Of a DNA stretch of 64,000 nucleotides, positions 37,543-50,417 are shown piece after piece; positions within the stretch are counted from its first letter, which is position 1; each line of letters opens with the position of its first letter. A program made the position numbers and the translations under genes. Source of the stretch: Octopus sinensis (lineage: Eukaryota). The notes beneath the pieces were generated by a model. The model was not told the origin of the DNA, ran no database searches, and worked only from the letters and a program-made list of their open reading frames with translations. The stretch covers positions 32,426,001 through 32,490,000 of the forward strand of contig NC_042997.1 in NCBI RefSeq assembly GCF_006345805.1, given 5' to 3'.

Positions 37543-37937
37543 TAGAGTTATTGTCAGTAATAAAAGACCACTTTTGTTTGTTTTATAATTATGTTTTATG
37601 ACAAACTGTTACAACCTTATTCATACTCTACTGCTCTACAGTATCAATGATATCGCTTTCTGCCAAATCCAACAGGTACAATTTTTTAAAATTTACACAT
37701 TCTAATTTTTCTAATTTTTTTGTGTTGTAAGTAGTTAGAGGAAAAGGGAATGGGGACAACTAGTAGAGGGTCCATGTGTGCTCACAGGCGATGTCATGAA
37801 TGATACCTTCCATACCGCCTCAGACATAAGACTTAGGGAAAGATAATGACCTTTAATTTTCAAGTATGAAAACAGTTCATATACCCAAAACGCTGTACAA
37901 TCCTAGTTTACCTACAATAATTTATATATATATATAT

Positions 37938-38185
37938 GTGGAGGCGCAATGGCCTAGTGGTTAGGGCAGCGAACTCACGGTCGTAGGATCGCGGTTTCGA
38001 TTCCCAGACCGGGCGTTGTGTGTGTTTATTGAGTGAAAACACCTTAAAGCTCCACGAGGCTCCGGCAGGGGGTGGTGATCCCTGCTGTACTGTGGCGTCA
38101 TTCGAAGGCTAAAACAATGCGAATGCATTGTGACCAGCGATGTGTAGCAACATCTGATGGTCTGGTCGGTCATATGATCATGTGA
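37938..38185 (+). mobile_element. tRNA-derived SINE, working family D (single copy), inserted in (TA)n
   Basis: A-box TGGCCTAGTGG 37950-60, B-box GGTTTCGATTCCC 37993-38005, no tRNA acceptor stem closure, CpG-rich body. Confidence 0.75.
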
Positions 38186-38231
38186 TATATATATATATAT
38201 AGATAGATAGATATAGATATATTGAATATTT

Positions 38232-38560
38232 TTACCCTTGCCACTTCAATTCCATAAAATTTAAGTAACTTCCCTGCCATTTCAGTTGGATTTTCTTTTT
38301 ATTATTATCATTAGTTATTATTTTGCTTTTATAAGCACATATTTCCAATCCATATCTTCTTGCAGTTGTATCAAGATATGCTGCCAGATTTCTAAGTTCT
38401 TCTTCGTTGTGTCCTTTTAAATCAATATCATTGGCAAAACAAAGATTACTCACTTCTCTCTCTCTCTCTCTCTTATGTCAACATTTCTTTGAAAAGATTC
38501 AAAGACTTCAATCATTATGTATTCAAGAAACACTTTGAAAAGGCTCTCATCTTTTGGATC
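38232..38560 (-). mobile_element. RTE-type reverse transcriptase fragment split by a (CT)n tract
   Basis: SLFKVFLEYIMIEVFE...NVDI and SNLCFANDIDL...EEELRNL...YGLEICAYKSK resemble LFNIFLERIM / NLRFADDIDL / YGMEISAEKSK. Confidence 0.8.
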
Positions 38561-38603
38561 AGTGGTTTCCTGTTCGTTTGCAACATCATAGTGTTTGCTG
38601 GTG

Positions 38604-38647
<44 letters not shown>

Positions 38648-39907
38648 GCACACTCTATCAACACTTGTTGCCCCAAGGTTTGGTTTCTTCCTCTGCTCAT
38701 TTACGTACACTCTCCCTCTCAAACACCAACAATCTTCTTGGTGTTTGTTACCTCCAACAATATGCACTTCTACACACATAATACTATTCCTTGTTCCTCA
38801 CAAACTACCCGCATCTATGCATTATCCACATGCAACACAGACTTCTCAGGCCAACTCTTTGTTGAATCCATGAACAGATCTCAGACATATTTTCTGATAT
38901 GTTCATGCCAATGTTAGATCCTTTTACCGAATAAATACGCAATAACTACGCATAAAAAGTAAACATTATCACACTGCACTCATCTTAACCATAAACAACA
39001 TGCAAGTAGAAACCACAATGCTACTACAAATGCCAAACTTCACATCATAGTGGAACTCTCCTTGTAAACTGAGAAGCTCAGCATAGCTAAGACTAGCCTT
39101 TGTCTTCAAGGCTAGAAAATACAAAGCTCGGGAGAGACCATCAATGGAATAACACTCCCACATCTGAATTGGAACTGCTTTTACACCACACACACACACA
39201 CATATCTGAGATTAGATCCAAAGAAAGGCTATACACCTGATTTGCGCAAAGTTACCCACCAACCTTCCTCAATATCTGGCACTCTCTCCCTCTCTCCCCA
39301 TCTCTCTCTTTCTCTCTCTCTCATTGCCCATATTGTATCTAACTCACAACTATCCCATGGAGCCCACACTCACCACTATACCCAGTTTTTCCCTATTTAG
39401 AATGTTGACCCTTTAAAATTCCATCCTGACACATGATTTTTCTGTGTGACTGATGAAAAGGAATGTGAACTACAGTGATCCTGCAGGGCTAAGGTGACTA
39501 TTAACACAAACCAATATAAATAACCTACCTTTGTCTCGCACTAAATTAAAACTAGCTTCTTGGTGAAATTTCAACCAAAGATATTGTTTCTATGTCTTCA
39601 TAACACTATTTATTGGTAGTTTGTTGTTAGATTTTCTCATAAACCATATTGCTCCATGCAACCATGTATGTAGTCTGAAAGGTTATTTTTTTAAATATGA
39701 AGTCAGTTAAATTGTGAGGTTGTGGTAAAGGTTTCATTGTTTTCCAAGCATTTTTCTTTTAGGCTAATATCACAAATCTGCTCAACAATATTACGTTTTT
39801 CCTTGGAAACCCAACTGTATTTCACTGAGTACCATTTTTATTGTAGCATTGTCACTTGAACAAGTAAAACATATTACAAAACCATGCTAAATTAACTTGT
39901 ACAGATA

Positions 39908-40323
39908 CTCTTTACTCTTTTACTTGTTTCAGTCATTTGACTGCGGCCATGCTAGAGCACCGCCTTTAGTCGAGCAAATCGACCCCGGGACTTATTCTTT
40001 GTAAGCCCAGTACTTATTCTATCGGTCTCTTTTGCCAAATCGCTAAGTGATGGAGACGTAAACACACCGGCATCGGTTGTCAAATAATGCTAGGGGGACA
40101 AACATAGACACACAAACACACACATACATACATACATATATATATATATACATATATACGACAGGCTTCTTTCAGTTTCCGTCTACCAAATCCACTTACA
40201 AGGCATTGGTCGGCCCGGGGCTATAGCAGAAGACACTTGCCCAAGATGCCACGCCGTGGGACTGAACCCGGAACCATGTGGTTGGTTAGCAAGCTACTTA
40301 TCACACAGCCACTCCTGCGCCTA
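39908..40323 (-). mobile_element. SINE family A, young full-length copy
   Basis: Complete from (CTCTTTTA)n tail to ...ACTCCTGCGCCTA; CpGs retained. Confidence 0.92.
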
Positions 40324-40907
40324 TTTTCTTTTTTTTTTTGCTTACATTTTGGTATTCCCTTCTGTGAGAATACTGTAAAAATTATATATAAGTAAATTTA
40401 ATGTATGTGGCTATATTTATGAAAACACATTTTATGTACATAAAAGTGCAGGTGAGCATGTGTGGGTGAAGGCTGTGTGACTGTGTTGTTGAAGAAGTTT
40501 GCTTCCTAACTACATGGTTTCAGGTTCATTCGCAATGTGCAGCATCTTGGGTGTCTTCTACTATAGTCTCAGGCCAACAAAAACTTGTGAATGGATTTGG
40601 TAGACAGCAACCAAAAAAAAAGCCATTATGTGTGTGTGTGTGAGAGAGAAGAGCATTTGTGAGTATGTGTGTATTTGTGTCTCCTTGTCTTGAAATTGTG
40701 TGATAGTGGTAAATGAGTGTCACTGTTATACAAGTTGTGTCATTTATTTCCAATATTTGCAAAAACATGTCTGCGAAATACTACCATACTTGGAAACAGA
40801 TAAGGGTTCGCAACAGGAGGGGCATCCAGTTGTACGAAATCTATCTAAATAAATTCCACCTTACACATGGAAAAATAGAAGTTAAATGAGGATAGTAATA
40901 ATATATA

Positions 40908-41295
40908 TAGGCATAGCTGTGTGGTAAGAAGTTTGCTTCTCAATTGCATGATTTGGGGTTCAGTCCTACTGTGTGGCACCTTGGGCAAGTGTCTTCTATA
41001 CTATAGCCATAGGTCAAACAAAGCTTTGTGAGTAGATTAGGAAGAGGGAAATCTAAAAGAAGCTTGTGTGTGTGCACATGCATCCGTATGTCTTTGTTCC
41101 CTACTACTGCCTGACAACCAGTGGTGGTATATTTATGTCCCTGTGACTTAGCAGTTCAGTAAAAGAGACTGATAGAATAAGTACCGGGCTTGATAAAAAA
41201 ATTTTTAAAGTAGTGGAGTCAATTTATTCAACTAAAATTCTTTAAGGTGTTGCACCATCATGGCCACGGTCTAATGACTGAAACAAGTAAAAGAT
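40908..41295 (+). mobile_element. SINE family A, older copy
   Basis: Diverged head and tail modules. Other old copies at about 40465-40760 (+), 43868-44222 (+) and 44560-44710 (-). Confidence 0.75.
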
Positions 41296-43213
41296 TTCAG
41301 AATTTAGACGTGGGTTTTTACACCAAATACCAGACCCATGTTGAACTTAGACACTGTTATCTAGTTTAAAAATTTGAATTTCCTGTCTATGAATATTCAT
41401 ATTCAACAAATTTAAGTTTGAAAAATGAGCATTTTATACATCATCATCATCATTTTCATGTCCACTTTGCCTTGTTTGCATAGGTCAGAGAGGAATATGT
41501 TGGAGTAGAGTTTTCTGTGGATGGATGCCCTTCCTGATGCCAACCCTTACTTTTTTCCAAGCAAAGCAAAAACCTCCCAGTCTATCAAACAACAGACCTG
41601 GTTACATGAAGAACTGGAAGCAATTAGCAAACACATGATGGGTTTCTTCCAGTTTCCATCCACCTATTTCACTCACATGGTATTGGTCAATCTACAACCA
41701 TAGTAAGGGATACCAGCCAGTGTGGTTGTCTTTGCATACAGGAGGTCCCCTGCATACTACTATACTTCAGCTGAGCAATCCTCATCTTGTGGGCTTATGA
41801 GTGCTGGTGTCACATAAAAAGCACCTGTACCAGTGTAACATCAAAGCACCTGTGCTAGTGCTGCATAAAAGCATCCAGTACACTCTGTAAAGTGGTTGGC
41901 ATTAGGAAGGGCATCCAACTGTAGAAACCATGCCAAAACAGACAGAGAGCTTGGGCAACTCCTCATATGGCCAGTTCCTGTCGGACCATCCAACCCATGG
42001 AAAAGGGACATTAAATGATGATGATGATGAGGCTGGTTATCGTTGTTTTTATGTCTACTTTTCATGCTTGTGTAAGTCAGATGAAACTTGTTGAGGTAAA
42101 TTTTCTATGACAAGATGCTTTTCTTGTCACTAACTTCTCGCCTGTTTGTAAGCAACATAATATTTGCCTTAGTTCTTCCAACAACTTACAACTTAGTGTT
42201 GGACATGTTTGTGAAAACCGTTTCTTATTGAATAGAGACTTTTAAGTAAAACACAAATAGCATGACAAAGGCAAGATGCAAACATACATGCACATGCATA
42301 TCTGTGTGTATGCATGTGTATACATGTGTGCATACATGTGTTTATATATACATAGTAGGATACATGAATGATATGAAGTCACATGAAAATCGAAAGGCCC
42401 AAGTAGGTAAAAATCTTGAACACCCACAACTTGTGTCATATGTCACAAAATTTGTAAGATAATATCTGGAATGAAAAGACATATGCTAGTTCACAAAAAC
42501 ATTCCTTCAGAATCAGATTTCAATGGACAAAAATGCAGAAGAAACTTGAATAATATCTGTCACTTGTGTTTTAAACCCTGTCAGTCAGCAACTGGTCTTA
42601 AAAGTCATCTGAGGGTGCATCAACTGAGGAATTATGCTGTGTGATGGGGTGTGGTGTATGTGTTGATGGGATGGCTATCATCTGTCAAGATGAAGCAATC
42701 ATCATATATGTATGTATGTGTGTGTGTGTGTATATATATATATATAGTATCTCTTATATGTACAATTAGATGTATGACTGCTACTGTTTGACTTTACAAC
42801 TCCATGTAGATTATCATCATGCTTGTAGTATAGTGGTTTGTCTACTATTGTGCTTATGACTATCACAACTTAGTAATATTACCACTGTACTTAGTAGTAT
42901 TACTGGCTATGATATACAAAGAAATTATGGTAAACACAAATTTATATCATTTGTTCCTACACACATTTGACCATCATGATGCTTTGGAACTCTACATTAG
43001 ATGCTTAACTACAAGTGATCAACAGGAGAACATTTTATTGCAGTCTCGTACAGAGATCTAATGTCTTAGATTTGATTTAAATCTTATTTATTTACATATA
43101 TATATTTTAAAGTAGTTTTATGCTGTCAACTTAATGTGACAGTCCCATGAAGCATAATTAGTCATCACTAATTGTGACTGTATATATTGTTAGAAATAGC
43201 AGTTTAGCCACTT

Positions 43214-43520
43214 ATCATCATCACCATAGTTTAACATCCGTTTTCCATGCTGGCATGGGTTGGACGGTTTGACTGAGGTGTGGAGAGCCAGCAGCTGCAC
43301 CAGGCTCCAATCTGATATGGCAATGTTTCTACAGCTGAATGCCCTTCCTAATGCCAACCACTCTGAGAGCATAGTGGGTGCTTTTTATGTGTCACCAGCA
43401 TAGGAGCCAGTCAGGTGGGTTTGGCATTGGCCACATTCAGATAGTGCTTTTTATGTGCCATCGGCACAGGGGCCGAGTCAGGCAGTCCTAGCATCGATCA
43501 CATTCAGATAGTGCTTTTTG
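43214..43520 (-). mobile_element. RTE 3'-UTR fragment (family C)
   Basis: (CAT)n tail, family C body, diverged repeat units. Confidence 0.8.
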
Positions 43521-43760
43521 ATAGCTGTGAAAAAGCACATTTATACATACTGAGTGGGTAGATTAGATAGCTGTCCCATGAGCAAAGCTAGAACACTGGA
43601 CTGCACAATTTCATCCTAATGGGAATTAACAGTTTACCTCTATGGAACAGCTAATTAGCTTTGTCATCATATATATATTTATTTGCCAAATGTATTTATG
43701 GCTGATTTAGCAAAATGCCAAATCATGTCAGTATATATAAATATGCTTTTTCACAACTAT
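43521..43760. mobile_element. 240-bp MITE with 33-bp terminal inverted repeats (30/33)
   Basis: ATAGCTGTGAAAAAGCACATTTATACATACTGA (43521-53) versus reverse complement of 43728-60; TA-like flanks. Confidence 0.85.
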
Positions 43761-45029
43761 AAGTGGCTCAACTGTTATTTCTAGTAACATATGTACTTGT
43801 AGCACATACAGTCACAGTTAGTGATGACTAAATTTTGCCTATATGGTTTATACTGTGCCTAGCTGCCTACAGGAGTGGCTATGTGGTAAGAAGCTTGCTT
43901 CCCAACCACAAGGTTTCAAGTTCACTCCCACTGCATGGTACCTAGGGCAAATATCTTGTACTATAGCTTCAGATCAACCAAATCCTTGTGAGTAGATATA
44001 TATATATGTGTGTGTGTGTCTGTTTGTCCACCACCACCACCATCGCTTGACAACCAATGCTGGTGTGTTTACGTCCCCATAACTTAGTCATACAGCAAAA
44101 GTGACCGATAGAATAAGTACTAGGATTACAAAGAATAAATCCTGGGGTTGATTTGTTTGATTAAAGGTGGTGCTCCAGCATGACTACAGTCAAATAACTG
44201 AAACAAACAAAAGAATAAAAGAACATATATCCCCAAAGACACACACATATATTCACCTCTTCAGCAAGACACCTGCTCCTCTCCCTCTATCATAGTTTTA
44301 TTCCTCCACTCTATGCACTCTGCGGAGTCTTATTTTGTGGATACTTGGCAACTTCACCAGTGCTGGTGCCATATAAAAAGCAGCCAGTACACTCTAAGTG
44401 GTTGGCATTAGAAAAAGCATCCAGTTATAGAAACCATACCAAGGCAGACATAGAACCTGGTGGAGCCCACTGCCTCATCTCTTTTTGTCAGACAAGCCAA
44501 ACCATACCAACACAGAAAAAAATTACATTAATGATTAGTATATATTATTTGCAATGGGCTTCTTACAGTTACCATCCACCAGTTCACACACAGAGTACTG
44601 GTCATCCCATGGTTATAGTAGAATCACCTGCTTGCAGTGCCACAGAAGTACAATGAACCCTGAACCATGTGCTTCTGAAATAAACTTCTTAACCACACAG
44701 CCATGTTTGCACCACACACACACACACACACACACCACACACACACACACACACAAATATCCAAAGTGTTGTGAATAATGCATGCCACGGTCACCACAGA
44801 CTTCAAATATATAAGTACTTGTAATATCACCAAACTGATGTTTCAACTTTCTAAAACACATCTTAAATTCTCTTAAAGGCGTCATGAACAAAAGGCATAT
44901 GAAAATAATATAAATTTATAAAGAAATTGGATACATTTTCGTGTTTTATAAGTTTATTACATTGCATCAGCATATACCAAAAAAAAAAAAAGAGAAGAAA
45001 ATTTATTTCTTTTTAAATCTTATAAAAGG

Positions 45030-45520
45030 TTTTGATTTTCTTTTATCTTTTCTTTGTGCCTGAGCCCATAATGGCTGAGTGAATTCTCAACTTGTCCTCT
45101 GACTTGTGTCACTCTCTCTACATTCAAATTTGCTTTTTATATTTCCTCCAGATTTCCATCTTCAAAAATGTTTTTTTAAATGGCATTATGTTCTTCAGTT
45201 GAGAATTCCTTCATTCACATCTCAGCTTATCTGTTGATTTGGTCATCAATCTCATCATTTACACCTGGCTAATCTAACCTTAAAAGGTCTTCTTCTTTGT
45301 GGCTCATGTCATGAGAGTTAGACAATTCTTTCACATTATTGTCATTTATTCTAGATATTCCCAAGCGTAATCCAAGTGGAGCAATTTCTATTACAGTCCT
45401 TCTAACTTCAACTACAAATTTATAAAATATTTTTCACCATGAAAAATTAGATTTTTCTAAACAGCTCTCATATTTCTTGCCATTTTTCAATAGACGCAAG
45501 CTTTGAGTAAGAGACCTTCA
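45030..45520 (-). mobile_element. Possible Tigger/pogo transposase C-terminal remnant
   Basis: Minus strand VIEIAPLGL...NDNNVKELSNSHDMSHKEEDLLRL loosely resembles Tigger LG..VD..DV.ELL.SH.EELT.EDL. A possible Tigger-type end TACAGTAATATCTCACTTTACG lies separately at about 50060. Confidence 0.3.
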
Positions 45521-46406
45521 ATATTGCTTTTGTTGTAGTTATTGCTGCTGCTGCTGTTGTTGTTCTTCTTCTTTTCCTTTTTCTTCTTCTTCTTATTATT
45601 ATTAGTTGTTAGCACACCGGGTGAAATGCTTAGCAGTATTTTGTCTGCTGCTATGTTCTGAGTTCAAATTCTGCTGAGGTCAACTTTGCCTTTCATTCTT
45701 TCGGAGTCAATAAATGAAGTACACTGGGGTCAATGCAATTGACTAGTCCCCACCCAACAAATTTCAGGCCTTGTGCCTCCAGTAGAACAGATTGTTGTTA
45801 TTATTATTATTATTATTTTCTTCAGGTCGAGTAGCTCATATCACTCAAAAAGTCCCTGAATAAGGGTTGTTTAAGGATGTTGAATGAAACCCCATGTTTC
45901 CAAAGGGGAATTATTCAAACTCCAAAGAATTCCTCTCAACATATGGCTATGATGCTCCCCCACTACTTCTGCACATGATCAGAGATGCATATATCATCAA
46001 TTAGCTTGGGGCATGCTCAACTGATTAAGGTCAAGCAATTGACCAGCAAATCTGTGGTATTGAGCAGAATATTTGCTGTAGCCTATCTTTTATACCAAGA
46101 CAAAACAATGATAACACTTCCAATCATTTAAGATCAAAAGCCATGAGAGCCACCATCTGGTATTGCATCAGGGCATTATTATTATTATTATTATTATTTA
46201 TTTATTATTAAGGGATGCTGGCAGATCCATTACAATGCTGAACAAAATACTTAATGACATCTCTTCTGGTTCTTTACTTTCTGAATTCAGATTCCACCAA
46301 GATTGACTTTGTGTTTCATCTTTGCTGATTGGTAAAATAAGTACCAGTTAAGCACTGAAGTCAATGTTATTGACAAACTTCCTTATGCCTTTTTCAAATT
46401 TATTGA

Positions 46407-46674
46407 CTCGTCTGGCACCTGTGTCGGTAGCACATAAAAAACACCATCCGAGCATGGCCGTTCGCCAGCCTTGTCTGGCACCTGTGTCGGTGGCACATAA
46501 AAAGCACCCACTACACTCACGGAGTGGTTGGCGTTAGGAAGGGCATCCAGTTGTAGAAACACTGCCAGATCTGACTGGCCTGGTGCAGCCTTCGGGCTTG
46601 CCATACCCCAGTTGAACCATCCAATCCATGCTAGCATGGAAAACAGATGTTAAACGATGATGATGATGATGATG
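46407..46674 (+). mobile_element. RTE 3'-UTR fragment (family C) truncated within the VNTR (about 1.5 units)
   Basis: Starts CTCGTCTGGCACCTGTGTCGG, ends with (ATG)n. Confidence 0.9.
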
Positions 46675-46929
46675 TAAAAAGTGACAGATATCAAATTGCT
46701 TATTCAAACTACCTTATAAGCTTTTCATTCACAAGAAAAAAAAAATCATGTGTTCCCACCAAAAACATACATAAATAACCAAAAATCTATGTAATATATA
46801 TAAAAGAATGAAAATAGATAATATCTACTATAATAACTTTTATTGAGAATACTGAAATAGTATAAGATAAATCAAGGCAATATCTCATACAGGTCAAGAT
46901 AATGTATTTTGGAAGCCATTTTATATAAT

Positions 46930-48190
46930 GGAATTTGCTTCACTAATAAGAAACCTTTGCTGTGTTGAACTTCAGATAAACACACATGGATTATGCCTTC
47001 TACTGAAGAGGAAACAATTTTTGTGTTTATTCTTGAGACTTGTTCAATAAGAAAAATCTTAACTCACACATGTATGAAAATGAAAACTGCCACAATGTAT
47101 ATGAAGAGCAGGATACTCGTTGTTCATGGGTGTGTAAGTAAATCTCATTGTGAGTATACAATCAGATTGCCTCATGTAAAGTCTTTCCTGTCCTCTTAAT
47201 GTCAATGATGAGCAGAAGAATCAGAGTATGAATCACTCTCTCAAGCATAGGCTTCTTTTGAAAAGATGGAAAAATGTTTGATGTTAAAGAACTGTTCTTC
47301 TGGGTGAGTTTCAAGAAAACTTGGAATTTGCTGATATTTTTCTTCATACTTAAGCTCCATCAATAGTTGAAACATTTCAGGATTTGCTTTTATGACATAA
47401 TTATTTCAAATTTACAGTCTCCTTTTAAAGTCAAGAATTTTCTCCAGGGTCTTGTACTGACTTGTTCAACTGAGTTATGGGATAAAAACTAAGTAGGCAA
47501 GTTTTATAATAATTTTTTTTCTTCAAAGAAAATGGCAAATTCCTGCCTTTTATTTTTTTACAAGTATTTTTGCAATTCATCTTTCATCTCATCAACTGCA
47601 TTTGGAACGCTTCTTCTGCTAAAAACCTAGATTTCTGTATGAAGCAGGAGATTTATGTGCTTCTTGTCACGGTTTTCCCTCAGCTTTTTAAACATTCTTG
47701 ACTGAACTGGTTTTTCTTTCATAAAATTGGCCAGTTTTAAAGCACCGTGAAGAAAGAGTTTTTTCAAATTCATTTTCATGAGAGTTAGAAATCAATACTG
47801 TGAAAAAAGTAAAATATTGAGACAATATTTGCATTTCATTTTGCAACAGAATCAAAATTTCTTAAGGAGAAATTCATCATTTTGAACACCAATACAGTAT
47901 CAATACAGATACTAACACAGTTCTTCCACAAAAGACCTCTTGTTTCCAGATATTCCTATGGTTTGCCCCATGCAATTCCTTGCATAGGACAGAAACCATT
48001 TTCTTGAATTTCCTTCTCATTGACAAATCCTACAGAATCTACATAACATTTTTGGTTAGATTTTATCAGATTTTGTCAACTTGGATGGAAGTTTTTCTAT
48101 TGTTCATTGTGTCTCATAAAAACTCCCCAGTGTCATGCTGAATTATTCCATTTTTTGCAAGTATTTCAGCCCCCTATAATGTTACACGCT
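46930..48190 (-). mobile_element. Second, heavily decayed hAT transposase (ZBED5/ZBED8/Buster-like)
   Basis: Minus-strand pieces GFVNEKEIQEN, GLLWKNCVSIC, RMFKKLRENRDKKHINLLLHTEI, DEMKDELQKYL, SYMCELRF and SVEGIIHVCLS match Buster-type motifs. No TIRs identified. Confidence 0.65.
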
Positions 48191-48595
48191 GTTCAAACTA
48201 CCTACAGAGTGTGCAAGGTGTTTTTTCTTTGTTTGTTTGTTCTTTGGGTCACCAGCTCTATTAGGATTGCCTTGTAGAGCTGGCAAGGTGAAAGAGTGCT
48301 CTCTTGACAGAAAGAGTATCAGGTTAAAAATAATGGAAGAAATATATATTGTTGAGAGAGGATAGTGGTGGTAGTAATAGAGAGAACAGTGTAGGCGAAG
48401 GATAGAGTAATGGGGAAGACAAAGGAAGAGGAATGTCAGGCATTAGTGTGAAAGAGAAGAGGTCAGTGTGATAAGAGTGATATGGTAGTTGGTTGTGTAC
48501 GGGAGAAGCAAATGTTGTTTCACTTGATGTGTCTGTATGTGTGTGTGGGGGGGGGGCATAGTGGCTGTGTGGTAAGTAGCTTGCTTAGTTGACAT

Positions 48596-48868
48596 TATTT
48601 ACATTTGACGAATATTTGTCCTCATCTTGTTTGTTGTTAACACAACATTTTGGCTGATATACCCTTCAGCCGTTATCAGGTGTCTTGGGGAAACTTCGAA
48701 CCTGGGTTCTCATTCCTAAGGTATTCAAAATTTCCCCAAGACACCTGATGAAGGTTGGAGGGTATATCAGTCAAAACGTGTTAACAACAAACAAGATGAG
48801 GACAAATATCCTTCAAATGTAAATAATATTCATGAGTCCTCATCTCTTAAAAATAGAACTGTATTAGT
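48596..48868. mobile_element. Fold-back element with about 105-bp inverted arms and 11-bp TSD; both arms carry degenerate hammerhead-like cores (probable Penelope-like terminus)
   Basis: Arms 48594-48700 and 48724-48827, 23-nt loop. TTAGTTGACAT at 48585-95 and 48869-79. CTGATGA 48745-51 (+) and CTGATAA 48673-79 (-), each followed by a GG(C/T)TG/CAG(C/T)C stem. Confidence 0.8.
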
Positions 48869-49054
48869 TTAGTTGACATCCTGAGGGTGGTTCAGAGAAC
48901 ATGAAGAAATATTGATACAAATTTACTTTAATCTTGAAATATTTGAGTTTTTATCTAGAAGTTTAATTTCAGCCCTACATTTATGAATGTCCCAATACTT
49001 GGAAATTTATTTTCATACAATTGTGTACATATGAAAATTTCTTCTTTTTTTTTT

Positions 49055-49440
49055 TCTTTTTACTTGTTTCAATCATTTTGACTGTGGCCATGCTGGAGCA
49101 CCGCCTTTAATCGAGCAGCTTGACCCCGGGACTTATTCTTTGTAAGCCCAGTACTTATTCTATCGGTCTCTTTTGCCGAACCGCTAAGTGACGGGGACAT
49201 AAACACACCAGCATCGGTTGTCAAGCAATGCTAGGGGGACAAACACAGACACACAAACATACACGCACACACACATATATATACATATATACGACGGGCT
49301 TCTTTCAGTTTCTGTCTACCAAATCCACTCACAAGGCTTTGGTCGGCCCGAGGCTATAGTAGGAGACACTTGCCCAAGGTGCCACGCAGTGGGACTGAAC
49401 CCGGAACCATGTGGTTGGTAAACAAGCTACTTACAACACA
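49055..49440 (-). mobile_element. SINE family A, young copy
   Basis: Near-identical to 51820-52210 in opposite orientation. Confidence 0.92.
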
Positions 49441-50417
49441 GACATTTCATATATAATGTACATTTACACTCTTTCTCCTGGGGCAGTGCTACAGGAACTG
49501 GAAAGTGGAGTGCAGACAAATTGCTATGCTTAATAAAATTAACTTTTAACTTTTAAAACTTGTCCACTGACTATGGCAAAGAGGCAAGAATTATATGAGT
49601 GCAAACTCCAGTTTGTTTTCTCATTAATAGCGGGGAGGGAAAAGCCACTGCATTTGAAGAGAAGTTTAGAATAAACAAATAGTCCCTTAAAAGATTTGTT
49701 GGCTAAAGATAAAACATTTATATACTAAATTTCAATTTTCTCTCTCTCTCTCTCTCTCTTTCAAAAAATACTGTTAAATTAAGAACAGAATCCTTTTTGT
49801 CAGGGGACTCAAGGCAGGATCATTTCTAAGAAATTCCCCCACCCAACCTCTAACTTTTCACAAATGGAAAGTAATCCAACTGGTCTGTTTTTGAAATTGG
49901 TTTGGTTGTTTTAAGTTTTTATAGAAAAAGGCTTAAGCTAAAGTAATAAACAGAGGGTACCCAAGAGAAAAATTAGTAACAATAACAATAACAAAAAAAA
50001 AAATGGTTTTTAAATTCACTTACTTGCTGCCACTGCACTTTTGAGGGCCACAGAACAATACAGTAATATCTCACTTTACGAGAACTTGCTTTACAAGACC
50101 CTGGGTTTATCAGTTTTATTTTATAATGAATATAACAAATTTAACAGCCATTTTGTGTGTGCGACAACATTGCAACATGTGGCAACACTGGTTCTGACAC
50201 TTGTACACAGCAACAGAGTAAAATTATGGCATAAAATTTCATTGCTGTTATGGGAAATTATTGTTCTGCTTTACAAGTTTTCACTTTGCAAGCGGTCTCT
50301 TGGAACAAATTAACTAACTGTAATTACTAATATAGCTTTTATGAACATAGTACTGTTGTGTATTTCATTTTATGAATTTCTGAAGGAGAATTATTCAATA
50401 TTATTTTTCATTTTCCA

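Noticed and set aside
37938-38010. Possible tRNA gene (also the heads of families A, B and E)
   Set aside because: A and B boxes are present but there is no closed cloverleaf or T-run terminator, and they continue into SINE bodies.
45820-46180. Probable further interspersed repeat inserted in an (ATT)n tract
   Set aside because: Single copy in the window with no TSD, TIR or coding motif, so it cannot be supported from this sequence alone.
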